A stretch of 32,000 nt of DNA from Gracilimonas sediminicola (GTDB taxonomy: Bacteria; Bacteroidota; Rhodothermia; Balneolales; Balneolaceae). The stretch is taken from the NCBI RefSeq assembly GCF_046115515.1, contig NZ_CP175953.1; one strand, given 5' to 3'. This document shows positions 16,437-25,807 of this stretch, piece by piece. The notes under the pieces are model-generated. The model was not told the origin of the DNA. It did no database searches and saw only the letters and a program-made list of their open reading frames with translations. Within the stretch, counting starts at the first letter, position 1, and each line of letters begins with the position of its first letter. Both the position numbers and the translations under genes were made by a program.

Positions 16437-17117
16437 TTAGAAAATTCCAGTACCTACTTCTTCAACATCACCAATAGGTATCTCTACATCATTCACCGAG
16501 AGGAATACCCCTTCCGATGTATAACGTACTCTGTCGGCTATACCCTCAATAAATACCAGCGAGCCTACCGGATTATCCCCGTTCGCTGCCTTCACTTCAA
16601 TGGTATAATCTCCTTCTCCCATGCGGTCACCGGCATTATTCAGCCCGTCCCATGTCCAGTCGTGGTCGCCCGATGACAACCCGTTCATTGTTTCGCGGCG
16701 TATTTCTGATCCACTCGCATCGCGGATGATAATCTCAACCGAATCGGCTGAGTTATTTAGTTCAAACTGAATATCGGAATTGCCTTCAGCTCCAAGGTGA
16801 ACCTCATTGCTCAATGCCTTCACCTGTTTTCCTGTAAGTGATGCTGCCATGGAGTTGGTTAAGCTGGCGCTCATCATATCCTGGCTGCCTTGCAGGGTTT
16901 TCAGACCGTTATTCACGCTGATCAGCTGCTCCACTGAGTTAAACTGAGCAAGCTGGGAGGCAAATTCGGCTCCATCCATTGGGTTGATGGGATCCTGATT
17001 ACGCATTTGAGCCACCAACAGGTGTAAGAATTCCTGTTGCCCGAGCTGACTTTTCTTAGTCTGCCCTTGTTGAGCAAATGCTCCTGAGGCTTGTGAAGTT
17101 ATACTATTTACATCCAT
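16437..17117 (-). CDS. flgD: Flagellar hook capping/assembly protein FlgD
   Basis: 226 aa with the LGQQEFLHLLVAQMRNQDPINPMDGAEFASQLAQFNSVEQL signature of FlgD, followed by a beta-rich C-terminal domain. Confidence 0.9.
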   Translation of the reverse strand: MDVNSITSQASGAFAQQGQTKKSQLGQQEFLHLLVAQMRNQDPINPMDGAEFASQLAQFNSVEQLISVNNGLKTLQGSQDMMSASLTNSMAASLTGKQVKALSNEVHLGAEGNSDIQFELNNSADSVEIIIRDASGSEIRRETMNGLSSGDHDWTWDGLNNAGDRMGEGDYTIEVKAANGDNPVGSLVFIEGIADRVRYTSEGVFLSVNDVEIPIGDVEEVGTGIF

Positions 17118-17129
17118 GGTTCGGTTCCT

Positions 17130-18968
17130 TTAAGCGGTCCATTCCATTTGGTTGTAGCCAAATCGACGGACGGTTTGTTGTAAGTTCTGTTCGGTTTTCC
17201 GGGCTGATGCCTGTTCATTTCCCACACCTGATTTTATCATCGGTGCTTTTTGCCTGGAGGAAGACGAGTTCCCAAAGAAGCCTGCCATCTCCTGCCCCTG
17301 TTCACCGCCATCAAACTGAAGGTTTACATCCAGTTGACATTCCTGCTCCAGGTGCTGTTTAATTTCCTGTTCGTACTGCTGCATCAGGCGACTTAATTCC
17401 ACACTTGTGGTTGCCAGCTTCACCTGCAACACGCCATCTACCTGTCGGGTAGAAAGCTGAATGCTGTTTCCATCTTCCAGTTCAAAACTGTGCTTTTGCC
17501 AGGTTTCCGGGCTAGCTTTACCGGCTGAAATCGTTTTCTGAACGGCCTGGGTAAGCGATGGCATTACGGTTCTGCGAACCAGCATATTTGATACGGGCAT
17601 TTCTCCCATTCTGGCAAACAAAGCGCTGGAAGTATCCTTCTGCTCGGTCATCTCAACCGATTCTTTTAGATATTCTTTCAGCATCAGCTCCTGCTCGGTT
17701 GTCATGGTAGAATTTTGACCGGCACTCATCTGGTTCTGAACAGCCTGAACCGGAACATCAAGTTGCGACAAAAAGGAAACCGGAGCTTTTGTGTCTCTGC
17801 CCTGTGTAATAACGTCAAGCCGCTCGGAGGTCAGTTCCTGCCGGCCCGAAAAAGCATAGTTTTCACGAAATCTCTTTTCTCTTACTTCTTCAGCCTTTTG
17901 GCTTTGCATGCCCTGATTTAATTCAGGGGCACTTGTGGCGGTTTGCCCGGTAGCTGCCCGCATAGCCTGTTTTGTTACCTCCGCCTCTGCTTCAGGCTGC
18001 GTTTCATTGGTCTCAGAGCTTTCCTCAACCTGCTGTTTTTGGATGGTTGAAGATACCTGCTCAACTACTTTTTGATTCTTTTGCAGTGGATTAGCTCCTT
18101 CATTCACCAAAGGTGAGGCAGAAGCCGGGTTCTGCAGATTGTTAGCTGAAGAAGTTTTTGTTGAATCTCCTTCAGCCTGCTGAAGTTCAATTTCTGATTC
18201 AGACACCATTTCTTTTACCGAAACAGTGGTTTTCGTGGCATTTTCACCTTCAGTAATTTCAGAAACTTCAGAGCCACTCTTAACCGAAGACTCCATTTGA
18301 GATGCTCCCGGTTCAACAGCCTTAGCTTCCCCGGCCCCTGATACCTGTTCAGCAGCCGGTTTTACTACCCGATCGGTATTCTTTGCTTCAGAAGATTCCG
18401 TGGTGCTTGTTACTTCAGCCTCCCCTTCGGAATTCATTGATGTACTTACAGCTTCGGCCGGTTTTGAACTTGTTGATATGTCTGATTCCTTTTCAGTTTC
18501 AACAGCTGGCTCGGCCGTTTCTATGTTCTTTGCAGTTGCCTCAGTTTCAGGCTCAGCAGTAGAAGATATCTTTTCGCCGGCACCGTTTAACACCGTATCC
18601 CCTTTCACAACCTGAGGACTGTTTTCAGATTCAGCCGATTTCGACTCAGAGATCTTAACTTCACTTTCTGCTCCGGTTACTTCCTGCGCTTCTTCATTTT
18701 TTTCTTGCTCTTGTATCACTGCTTTTTCTTCAGCTTCAGCAGTGGGTGCTTCATTGGCAAGAGCTGCTTCTTCCGGCTGAGCTTCCTCCTGTTCTGAAGA
18801 AGTGCTGCCAGATTCTGTTTGTTGGCCAAGACCCTGTACGGTTTTCAGTATAGAGCCGAATAGTCCCGGTGAAGCCTGATCGCTGTTGGTACCGTTCGTT
18901 TTGGTGATATTTGTTGCCAGCCCGGCTTCTTTACTACTTCCGGCCGATGATAATAACTGCTTTATCAT
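17130..18968 (-). CDS. fliK: Flagellar hook-length control protein FliK
   Basis: 612 aa. The long N-terminal half is low-complexity and rich in E/S/T/A. The C-terminal region resembles the Flg_hook domain (FELEDGNSIQLSTRQVDGVLQVKLATTSVELSRLMQQYEQEIKQHL). It sits between the ylxF-like gene and flgD. Confidence 0.75.
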   Translation of the reverse strand: MIKQLLSSAGSSKEAGLATNITKTNGTNSDQASPGLFGSILKTVQGLGQQTESGSTSSEQEEAQPEEAALANEAPTAEAEEKAVIQEQEKNEEAQEVTGAESEVKISESKSAESENSPQVVKGDTVLNGAGEKISSTAEPETEATAKNIETAEPAVETEKESDISTSSKPAEAVSTSMNSEGEAEVTSTTESSEAKNTDRVVKPAAEQVSGAGEAKAVEPGASQMESSVKSGSEVSEITEGENATKTTVSVKEMVSESEIELQQAEGDSTKTSSANNLQNPASASPLVNEGANPLQKNQKVVEQVSSTIQKQQVEESSETNETQPEAEAEVTKQAMRAATGQTATSAPELNQGMQSQKAEEVREKRFRENYAFSGRQELTSERLDVITQGRDTKAPVSFLSQLDVPVQAVQNQMSAGQNSTMTTEQELMLKEYLKESVEMTEQKDTSSALFARMGEMPVSNMLVRRTVMPSLTQAVQKTISAGKASPETWQKHSFELEDGNSIQLSTRQVDGVLQVKLATTSVELSRLMQQYEQEIKQHLEQECQLDVNLQFDGGEQGQEMAGFFGNSSSSRQKAPMIKSGVGNEQASARKTEQNLQQTVRRFGYNQMEWTA

Positions 18969-19543
18969 AACATAATCTCCGTCATAAGTTTGGCTGCTTT
19001 ATCAGAATTAAGCGACCGCAGAATCTTCTCCCGCTGAATGGTCCCTCCTCCATTGTACAGCCTCACCAATTGCTCGTTGGTCATTTTCTCAAGAATAGGC
19101 CCCAGGTCGTCCTCTTCCAGGTTCAATAAACTTTTAATTCGTTGCGCAAACTCTTCTTTGCTGAGCTCCTGAATATCTTCAGCATCGGTTTCTTCCGGCT
19201 GATTTGCTTTTAGCACTTCGATCTCAGCAATCAAAGAATCGACTCTTTTATGCAAAAGGGTATTTTCTTCCAGTGCCAGCTGAAGCTCATCGGTAACCAA
19301 GGTGTCAACGGCTACAGAATCCATTACCATGGTTGCATCAGAAAGAACGGCAACCACCGAATCTTCCTGAGCAGGCAAGCCCAGTGCTTCAAATTCAGCA
19401 TCCAGCTTTTCTTCCTGCGCCTGCACCAATTCCTGATACTCCTCTTTATTGATATAGGGGTACAGGAAGTACATGGCTACAATCATCACCAACAGTGGCA
19501 CAGTTATCAAACCCGCAATTTTAAGTATTACTGCTTTGTTCAT
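18965..19543 (-). CDS. YlxF/FlbB/MotE-like flagellar protein (MgtE-N-like C-terminal region)
   Basis: 192 aa with an N-terminal TM, a coiled-coil middle and a C-terminus ILEKMTNEQLVRLYNGGGTIQREKILRSLNSDKAAKLMTEIM resembling the MgtE intracellular N-domain. It occupies the same position as B. subtilis ylxF and spirochaete flbB. ATGA overlap with fliK. Confidence 0.6.
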   Translation of the reverse strand: MNKAVILKIAGLITVPLLVMIVAMYFLYPYINKEEYQELVQAQEEKLDAEFEALGLPAQEDSVVAVLSDATMVMDSVAVDTLVTDELQLALEENTLLHKRVDSLIAEIEVLKANQPEETDAEDIQELSKEEFAQRIKSLLNLEEDDLGPILEKMTNEQLVRLYNGGGTIQREKILRSLNSDKAAKLMTEIML

Positions 19544-19546
19544 CGC

Positions 19547-19975
19547 TTATCGGCTAAATGATTGAGTTGCAATTTCGTCCATAAATTTCTGTTCATCTTT
19601 GGCCATACGTTCCGAGAAAAGCCCCTTCTCAAATTCTTTCACTTTCTCCAGGATGTGAAGGTTCTTATAGGCCGTGGCCAGCTTCTCTCTCTCTTTGGAA
19701 ACCTCAACTTCAGCTTTGTCCAGATCCCGGCTCAGCTTATCCATTTTCTGATGCACCTGTTGCAGGTGAGCCGATCGTCTTCGGATCATATGAATATTCT
19801 CCGCTGAGTTATCTTCTGAGTTTTGAAGAAAGGTTTTCAATTTCCCCTGTACATCATCGCGTACATCGCTGATCTTCTGCTTTTTGGAAACCTGCTCAGC
19901 CAGCTTTTGCTTCTGAAGCTTTTCCTGGTGTTTCCGAACTTTGAGAACCGGTGCAAGAGAGAATTTGAATTTCAT
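19547..19975 (-). CDS. fliJ: Flagellar export chaperone/stalk protein FliJ
   Basis: 142-aa all-coiled-coil protein starting MKFKFSLAPVLKVRKHQE, which is typical of FliJ. It lies directly after fliI. Confidence 0.75.
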   Translation of the reverse strand: MKFKFSLAPVLKVRKHQEKLQKQKLAEQVSKKQKISDVRDDVQGKLKTFLQNSEDNSAENIHMIRRRSAHLQQVHQKMDKLSRDLDKAEVEVSKEREKLATAYKNLHILEKVKEFEKGLFSERMAKDEQKFMDEIATQSFSR

Positions 19976-19993
19976 GTCTGTTGCTCGTGATTT

Positions 19994-21328
19994 TTATTCA
20001 ATAATTTTCTTTAGCGTATCCCAGAGATCATCGCTGAAATCTGTTTCGTTTAAGTCTTGTATCAAAAATGATTCCAAACCCGGATGTTTTTTTATGGATT
20101 CATCAATTTTTGGGTTTGAACCTTTCACATAAGCACCAATATTGATCAGGTCTTCGGCCTCTCGGTAGGTAGCCAACAGCTCCCGTGCTTTCATCGCAAT
20201 TTGTCGTTGTTCGGGTGTTACAATCTTGGTCATAACCCGCGAAATACTTTCGAGGATATCAATGGCCGGATAATGATTTTTATGCGCTAAACGTCGGGAA
20301 AGCACGATATGGCCGTCTAAAATGGAACGTACAGCATCAGCAATGGGCTCGTTCATATCGTCATTATCAACCAATACGGTGTACAATCCGGTGATGCTTC
20401 CCTTGTGTGTTTTACCCGGTCGTTCGAGCAATTTCGGGAGTATGGTGAACACACTTGGAGTGTATCCTTTGGTGGTTGGGGGCTCCCCTGAAGCCAGTCC
20501 AATTTCTCGTTGTGCCATGGCAACCCGGGTCACAGAATCCATCATCAAGAGGACATTTTTTCCTTGGTCGCGGAAATATTCCGCAATAGCCGTTGCCGTG
20601 AATGCTCCTTTTACCCGACTCATGGCCGCGCTATCTGAGGTTGCCGCCACCACAACCGACCGCGCCAGCCCTTCTTCGCCCAGGGTATCTTGGATAAATT
20701 CCTGAACCTCACGGCCACGCTCACCAATCAGAGCAATCACATTGATATCGGCCGAGGAATGCTTGGCTATCATCCCCATTAAAACGGATTTACCCACACC
20801 GGAGCCGGCAAAAAGTCCGATTCGCTGCCCGGTTCCCACCGTATTTAAAGCATCCAATGCCCGGATGCCTGTAAACATAATGTCGTTGATGGGGGCACGG
20901 TCAAGCGGAGCGGGTGGGTCGTTATGTACCGGCATTTGCCCGGTTACACGAATTTGTCCTTTCCCGTCTATGGGCTCGGCGTTGGTATCCACTACACGGC
21001 CCAGCATCTCAAAACCAACCGGCACGTTCAGCGATTGCCCCATACTTTCCACTTTGCAGCCGGCTTTCATACCTACTACGCGGTCGTAAGGCATAAGCAG
21101 AGTTTTCCCTTCCTTCAACCCCACTACTTCGGCGGGCACAATGGTATCCATAACGGTATGGATGCCATACACTTCCCCAACCGAGGCTTCCAGTCCGGTA
21201 CATTCAATGATAGTACCGATGATGGAAGATACTTTACCAAACCTCTTTACCTGGTTCAGCTCACCGCTGATTTTTCCACGAATGGTATCGAAGTGCTTTT
21301 GTAAGGAGGGCATGTCAGCTATTTCCAT
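19994..21328 (-). CDS. fliI: Flagellum-specific ATPase FliI
   Basis: 444 aa with Walker A GLFAGSGVGKSVLMGMI, Walker B VLLMMDSVTR and an F1/T3SS ATPase fold signature throughout. Confidence 0.97.
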   Translation of the reverse strand: MEIADMPSLQKHFDTIRGKISGELNQVKRFGKVSSIIGTIIECTGLEASVGEVYGIHTVMDTIVPAEVVGLKEGKTLLMPYDRVVGMKAGCKVESMGQSLNVPVGFEMLGRVVDTNAEPIDGKGQIRVTGQMPVHNDPPAPLDRAPINDIMFTGIRALDALNTVGTGQRIGLFAGSGVGKSVLMGMIAKHSSADINVIALIGERGREVQEFIQDTLGEEGLARSVVVAATSDSAAMSRVKGAFTATAIAEYFRDQGKNVLLMMDSVTRVAMAQREIGLASGEPPTTKGYTPSVFTILPKLLERPGKTHKGSITGLYTVLVDNDDMNEPIADAVRSILDGHIVLSRRLAHKNHYPAIDILESISRVMTKIVTPEQRQIAMKARELLATYREAEDLINIGAYVKGSNPKIDESIKKHPGLESFLIQDLNETDFSDDLWDTLKKIIE

Positions 21329-22005
21329 GATGGCAGGGCCAATGTCTTTTTAAATTCATCGAGCATTTCCCTGAAATTGTGAACCACTGTTTCTTCCTGG
21401 GTTTCCAGCCGGAACTCGCCGGGATTGCATTCTTCTGAGACCTGCATGTTCAGTACCATGCTTTTGGAAAAATCGTCTTTCAGTGCCTGCACAAATTCCA
21501 GGTCATCTTCGCAAACCCAAAGAATGGGCTTCGACTGCTCGTTAATCTTTTGCAGCAGCGGAGCTAATTTTTCCTCAAGGGATTCTCTTATTGAGGGATT
21601 TTCAACCGGGATACCGAGAATAGATTCACTAATCTCGAAAACCATATCCAACAAGCCTGGCTCCAATATCTGTTGGCGGCTTTTCCACTCCTCATGAGCT
21701 TGCTCCAAAGCCTCCCTGACCACTGAAAGCTTTTCATCGATCTCAGCCCGGGCCGCTTCTATGCCTTCAGCCTGGCCTGCATCAAATCCTTCAGCGTAAG
21801 CTTCATTGCGAACCTGTTCAAGCTTTCTTTTCCAACGGGCATCTCTTTCATCAAGTAGCTCATTAATATCTGTCGTTTCTTCCGTGTATTCATCTTCTTC
21901 GTTTTTAACCTCACTTTCGTTGAAAATCATCTGGTAATTCAGGCGCTTGCTGCCCTCATTAAACCAGCTTATTTGATTATTTTGTAAGACCTTCTGAGTT
22001 CTCAT
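21319..22005 (-). CDS. fliH: Flagellar assembly protein FliH
   Basis: 228 aa with the EAYAEGFDAGQAEGIEAARAEI repeat region typical of FliH. It overlaps the fliI start by 10 nt and sits between fliG and fliI. Confidence 0.8.
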   Translation of the reverse strand: MRTQKVLQNNQISWFNEGSKRLNYQMIFNESEVKNEEDEYTEETTDINELLDERDARWKRKLEQVRNEAYAEGFDAGQAEGIEAARAEIDEKLSVVREALEQAHEEWKSRQQILEPGLLDMVFEISESILGIPVENPSIRESLEEKLAPLLQKINEQSKPILWVCEDDLEFVQALKDDFSKSMVLNMQVSEECNPGEFRLETQEETVVHNFREMLDEFKKTLALPSWK

Positions 22006-22010
22006 TCTGC

Positions 22011-23054
22011 TTACTCAACTATCTCTTCTTCATCCATCTTACGGGTAGAAATCTGGCCGTCTTCTTCCAGTTCTTTTATCTTCTTGATGATACGCTGTTG
22101 CGCTTCTTTCACATCTTTCAAGGCAACCGGACCAAGGGCATCCATATCTTCACGTAACATATCGGCCGCACGGTTCGACATGTTTTTGAGGAATTTATTT
22201 GCCAGGGCTTCATCCACCCCTTTAAGTCCCATAACCATATCGGCTTTTTCCATCTCGTTGATGATAAGCTGAACGGTACGGTCGTCGAAGTGCAGAATAT
22301 CCTCGAACAAGAACATTTGCTCCTTGATGTCGCTGGCCATTTGCTCGTCTCTTTCTCCGATAGTCTCCAGCACATGGCGCTCAACGGTAATATCAGAACC
22401 GTTAAGAATTTGGGCCACAATGTTGGTTCCGCTTTTCACGCGGTCTCCAAGGGTATCCATACCGCCCATATGTTCTTTGATCACTTCCTCAATTTCTTCG
22501 ATTACCTCACTGGAAATTTTATCCATACTGGCCAGGCGGTACACAATATCTGCCTGCAGTTCTTTGTCGAGATACCCAAGTATTTCGGCCGACTTCTCAA
22601 CATTCAGCTGAGAAAAAATCAGCGCTGCCACCTGCGGATGTTCATTCTGAATAAAGGAGGCAATTTGTGTGATTTTAGTCTGCTGAAATTCATCAAAAAC
22701 CGTACTGCCCGACTGTGCTTTAAGTCGCTTCAGCATTTTTTCGGAGTTAGCGCTGTCTCCCAATTGAGCAAGCAGATCTTCGGCGGCATCTACACCACCA
22801 TTCAGCATGTATTGCTTCACTTCCATCAGGGCATAATACTCCTGTAGAACGGCATCCACGACTTCCGCTTTTACATCTTTGATCTTTGCAATCTCGAGAG
22901 TGATTTTCTCGATTTCGGTTTCACTCAGTGATTTCATCATGGTTGCTGCGGTGCGAGTACCAATACTCATGATAAACACAGCTGCCTTTTGAGGACCGCT
23001 TAAGTCCGAAATATCATTAAAAACACCGGGTTTACTTTTTGTAGTAGTTGCCAT
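22011..23054 (-). CDS. fliG: Flagellar motor switch protein FliG
   Basis: 347 aa with LSGPQKAAVFIMSIG, EHPQVAALIFSQL and a C-terminal torque-helix region (MSNRAADMLREDMDALGPVALKDVKEAQQRI). Confidence 0.95.
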   Translation of the reverse strand: MATTTKSKPGVFNDISDLSGPQKAAVFIMSIGTRTAATMMKSLSETEIEKITLEIAKIKDVKAEVVDAVLQEYYALMEVKQYMLNGGVDAAEDLLAQLGDSANSEKMLKRLKAQSGSTVFDEFQQTKITQIASFIQNEHPQVAALIFSQLNVEKSAEILGYLDKELQADIVYRLASMDKISSEVIEEIEEVIKEHMGGMDTLGDRVKSGTNIVAQILNGSDITVERHVLETIGERDEQMASDIKEQMFLFEDILHFDDRTVQLIINEMEKADMVMGLKGVDEALANKFLKNMSNRAADMLREDMDALGPVALKDVKEAQQRIIKKIKELEEDGQISTRKMDEEEIVE

Positions 23055-23063
23055 TTTTCTCTG

Positions 23064-24704
23064 TTAATTTTCTTCTGATGCTATCATTGCTCTCATAACC
23101 TGAGCGGCTTCAGCCGGTTTCAATTCAACAAAATTCACAATTTCGTCTTTGTTGTATTTCTTCTCCGGAAGCTGCTTAGCTTGTTCTTCACCCTCTGTGC
23201 CCGGGTTGCCTTCAGCCCCTTCAAGCTGATTTGCCGCAGAACTTTCTCCCGGAAGTGAACCTTGCTTTTCACCACCCTCAAGCTGATCGCCTGCTTCAAA
23301 ATTACTCATCGTTCTGAGTTCATCTATTCCGGATTTCTTCTTCAGGCTGTTAATCAGCAGAATCACGACCACGAAGGTGATCCCGATGAGAGACCATCGT
23401 AAAATGTTATTGGTGAAGGTAGGCTGGCCGGTAAAAAAGTCGCCGCTGTCAATCGGATGCTTATCAAAGAACTCAACCTGTTTTACCGTGAGCTGATCTC
23501 CTCGGCTGTCCTGAATACCCAGGGCTACCTTCACAACTTCCTTAAATTCTTCCACTTCCTGCTCAGAGTATGGCTCACTTACCAGCGTTTGCTCTCCCTC
23601 TTCGCCTTCTTCAAACCGCTGTTTGTAGTTCAGCAGCACCGAAGCCGACACCATCTTTAACTCACCCTGAGTTTTCTCAAAAACTTCCCGGGTTCGGTTT
23701 ACCTCGTAATTTCTGGTTTGAACCGTTGACCCGTTGTTATTGCTGGCAACCACCACCGAACCGGTCTGGTTGTTGTTTGTCACATTCCCGGCAACCGGCT
23801 CCATGACCTCATCGTTATTGGTTTGTTCCCTTTTCTCTTCTGAAATAACGGTTCGGCTGTCGGGGTCAATTAAATCAGACTCCCGCACAACTCGGTCAAA
23901 ATCATGTTCAACCGAAACCCGGAGAATACTGTTGCCGGCTCCCAGAACCCGATCCAGCATCGACTGTCCCCGTTCAGTCAGGTAAGCTTCCGTTTTTTGG
24001 CGAAGCTGCATTTGGGATGATCCGAAAGCGAGTTCTGATTCATAATCAATTTCATCGGTCAGCCTGTTTCCGGCCTGATCGAGTACAGTTACGTTGGCCG
24101 ATTCCAGTCCTTCCACACTACCGGCAATCAGAGAGGTTATCCCTTCAATTTGTTCTTTTTTGAGAGCTTGTCCCTTTTTCAGGTTCAGGATTACCGATGC
24201 CGAGGCCTCCACGGAGACATCTTCAAAAGGAGAACGCTCGGGCAGCACCAAATGGATGCGGGAAAACTCAACCTGCTCCAGGCTGTTGATAGACCGGGCC
24301 AACTCCCCTTCAAGAGCCCGCTTTTTATTTACCTGTTGCATAAAGTCGGTCATACCAAGCGCATTGGTATCAAAAAGCTCGTAGCCTTTTACGTCCGAGA
24401 AACTACCGCCCATCGGGGCCAGCTCCAGCCGCAGTTCGTGAACCTTATCGCTGGCTACATAAATAGCGCGGCCGCTTTCCTGCAGCTCGTAGTTGATTCC
24501 CCGATTATTCAGTTCGGTTACAATTTCCTGGGCTACCTCAGGCTGAAGAGATCCAAACAGGAGCACGTTCTCCTCCTGTTGCGACCAGTAAAACACGCCC
24601 CCGATGATGGTGAGCACCACCAGCATCAGCACCACAAACATGGCACGCTGGGCATTACTCAGCGGACCAAAAAACTCCTGAAAACTTTCTACATACTTAT
24701 TCAT
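23064..24704 (-). CDS. fliF: Flagellar MS-ring protein FliF
   Basis: 546 aa with an N-terminal TM, a YscJ/FliF periplasmic domain (ELNNRGINYELQESGRAIYV), a second TM near the C-terminus and a FliG-binding tail. Confidence 0.93.
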   Translation of the reverse strand: MNKYVESFQEFFGPLSNAQRAMFVVLMLVVLTIIGGVFYWSQQEENVLLFGSLQPEVAQEIVTELNNRGINYELQESGRAIYVASDKVHELRLELAPMGGSFSDVKGYELFDTNALGMTDFMQQVNKKRALEGELARSINSLEQVEFSRIHLVLPERSPFEDVSVEASASVILNLKKGQALKKEQIEGITSLIAGSVEGLESANVTVLDQAGNRLTDEIDYESELAFGSSQMQLRQKTEAYLTERGQSMLDRVLGAGNSILRVSVEHDFDRVVRESDLIDPDSRTVISEEKREQTNNDEVMEPVAGNVTNNNQTGSVVVASNNNGSTVQTRNYEVNRTREVFEKTQGELKMVSASVLLNYKQRFEEGEEGEQTLVSEPYSEQEVEEFKEVVKVALGIQDSRGDQLTVKQVEFFDKHPIDSGDFFTGQPTFTNNILRWSLIGITFVVVILLINSLKKKSGIDELRTMSNFEAGDQLEGGEKQGSLPGESSAANQLEGAEGNPGTEGEEQAKQLPEKKYNKDEIVNFVELKPAEAAQVMRAMIASEEN

Positions 24705-24716
24705 TTAGGGCTGTCC

Positions 24717-25031
24717 TTATATTTGCATTCTGCTTATTTCATTGTAGGTCTCAATGGCTTTGTTGCGCACTTCAACCATCATCTGGAAGCTCAGCTGAGC
24801 ACGCTGCATTGAGATCATCACGTCCGCAACGTTGTCGGTTTTACCGGCCACGTAATCCTGCATCTTTGATTCAGAAGTTTTCATCGTTGTATCTACCCCG
24901 TTGATCGCGTTGGAAAGCATATCAGCAAAGGAATCTTTTTCAATATCATCTACCGCGATCTCATAATGCTTCGGGGTAATTTCAATATCCTTGGGTAACT
25001 GTAATCCGTTTAATTGTACTGGGCTCTGCAT
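24717..25031 (-). CDS. fliE: Flagellar hook-basal body complex protein FliE
   Basis: 104 aa with the FADMLSNAINGVDTTMKTSE...VADVMISMQRAQLSFQMMVEVRNKAIETYNEISRMQI signature of FliE. Confidence 0.9.
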   Translation of the reverse strand: MQSPVQLNGLQLPKDIEITPKHYEIAVDDIEKDSFADMLSNAINGVDTTMKTSESKMQDYVAGKTDNVADVMISMQRAQLSFQMMVEVRNKAIETYNEISRMQI

Positions 25032-25057
25032 GGCTTTTTCTTACCTGTTTCCTTCTT

Positions 25058-25291
25058 TTAAATTCGGGTGTCTATATTTCTTCCGCGCGACAACTCATGC
25101 TGATTCACTTTTCCATCGACCGAATAAATGTTCATCGCGGCTTTTTTCTCAGCGGTAAATTCTTGGTTGATCAGAGAAGATTCATCCTGGGTTAACTTGG
25201 GTAAATCTTGCGAGCCGGCTGCACTTCTCAAGGCTGTGTTTCGGCTTACTTGTCCTGCTTGTTGGGTATAGATAGAATTAATACTGTTCAT
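25058..25291 (-). CDS. Hypothetical 77-aa protein inserted between flgC and fliE
   Basis: The ORF starts 4 nt after the flgC stop and ends 26 nt before the fliE start, on the same strand. It is polar with no TM, and I recognise no family. Confidence 0.55.
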   Translation of the reverse strand: MNSINSIYTQQAGQVSRNTALRSAAGSQDLPKLTQDESSLINQEFTAEKKAAMNIYSVDGKVNQHELSRGRNIDTRI

Positions 25292-25295
25292 GGTA

Positions 25296-25796
25296 TCAGA
25301 TCTCCAGTGATCGTTTAATAATTTCTTTTTCAGCTTCGATGCTACTCAAATTGGCTTCATACAGACGATTGGCACTTACCATTTCCGTCATTTCGCGCAC
25401 CATGTCGATGTCCGGATATTTTACCATCCCGTTTTCATCGGCATCGGGGTGGTTGGGATCATACTCGTAGCGGAATTTGTTCTGTTCGCTTACATGAAAC
25501 TCCGGACCCAGCCCGGTTGCTTTCTCACCATTAGGACTATTTCCAACACCGGTAGCCATGTGCTTTGGGTTGGTTCTTGTAAGTGAAGAAACGCTCTCGG
25601 AAAGGACCTGTAGAAATTTTTGTTGGTCCGGAGCTAAAGATTGTACCCGTTTTGGCCGATAAACATTCTCGGAGCCTGCGGGTGCCGAAGTTTGAGCATT
25701 AGCAATATTTTGCGATGCCACGGAAATCCGCTCGCGTTGTAAGGCCAGGCCCTGAGCGGCGGTTTGAAATGTTGATGATAATCTATCTGGGAGCAT
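25296..25796 (-). CDS. flgC: Flagellar basal-body rod protein FlgC
   Basis: 166 aa with an N-terminal AAQGLALQRERISVASQNIANAQT and a C-terminal MVREMTEMVSANRLYEANLSSIEAEKEIIKRSLEI. Confidence 0.93.
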   Translation of the reverse strand: MLPDRLSSTFQTAAQGLALQRERISVASQNIANAQTSAPAGSENVYRPKRVQSLAPDQQKFLQVLSESVSSLTRTNPKHMATGVGNSPNGEKATGLGPEFHVSEQNKFRYEYDPNHPDADENGMVKYPDIDMVREMTEMVSANRLYEANLSSIEAEKEIIKRSLEI

Positions 25797-25807
25797 CTGA
25801 ATGGGTT

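Noticed and set aside
19547-19554. Perfect GCCGATAA on the - strand at the fliJ stop, 3 nt before the ylxF-like ATG. Perfect or near-perfect boxes also occur at 31454-31461 (+) and 5472-5479 (+).
   Set aside because: All are inside coding sequence, and none has a TAAA or TTAAT-like element 14-16 nt upstream. The first would place the transcription start downstream of the start codon it would serve. These are probably chance matches.
25058-25291. The idea that the 77-aa ORF is the anti-sigma-28 factor FlgM, based on the IYSVDGKV segment versus the GxYxVD segment of FlgM.
   Set aside because: The resemblance is limited to Y-x-V-D. The spacing to the preceding helix does not match my recollection of the FlgM family, and the location between flgC and fliE is atypical. 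I therefore kept it as hypothetical.
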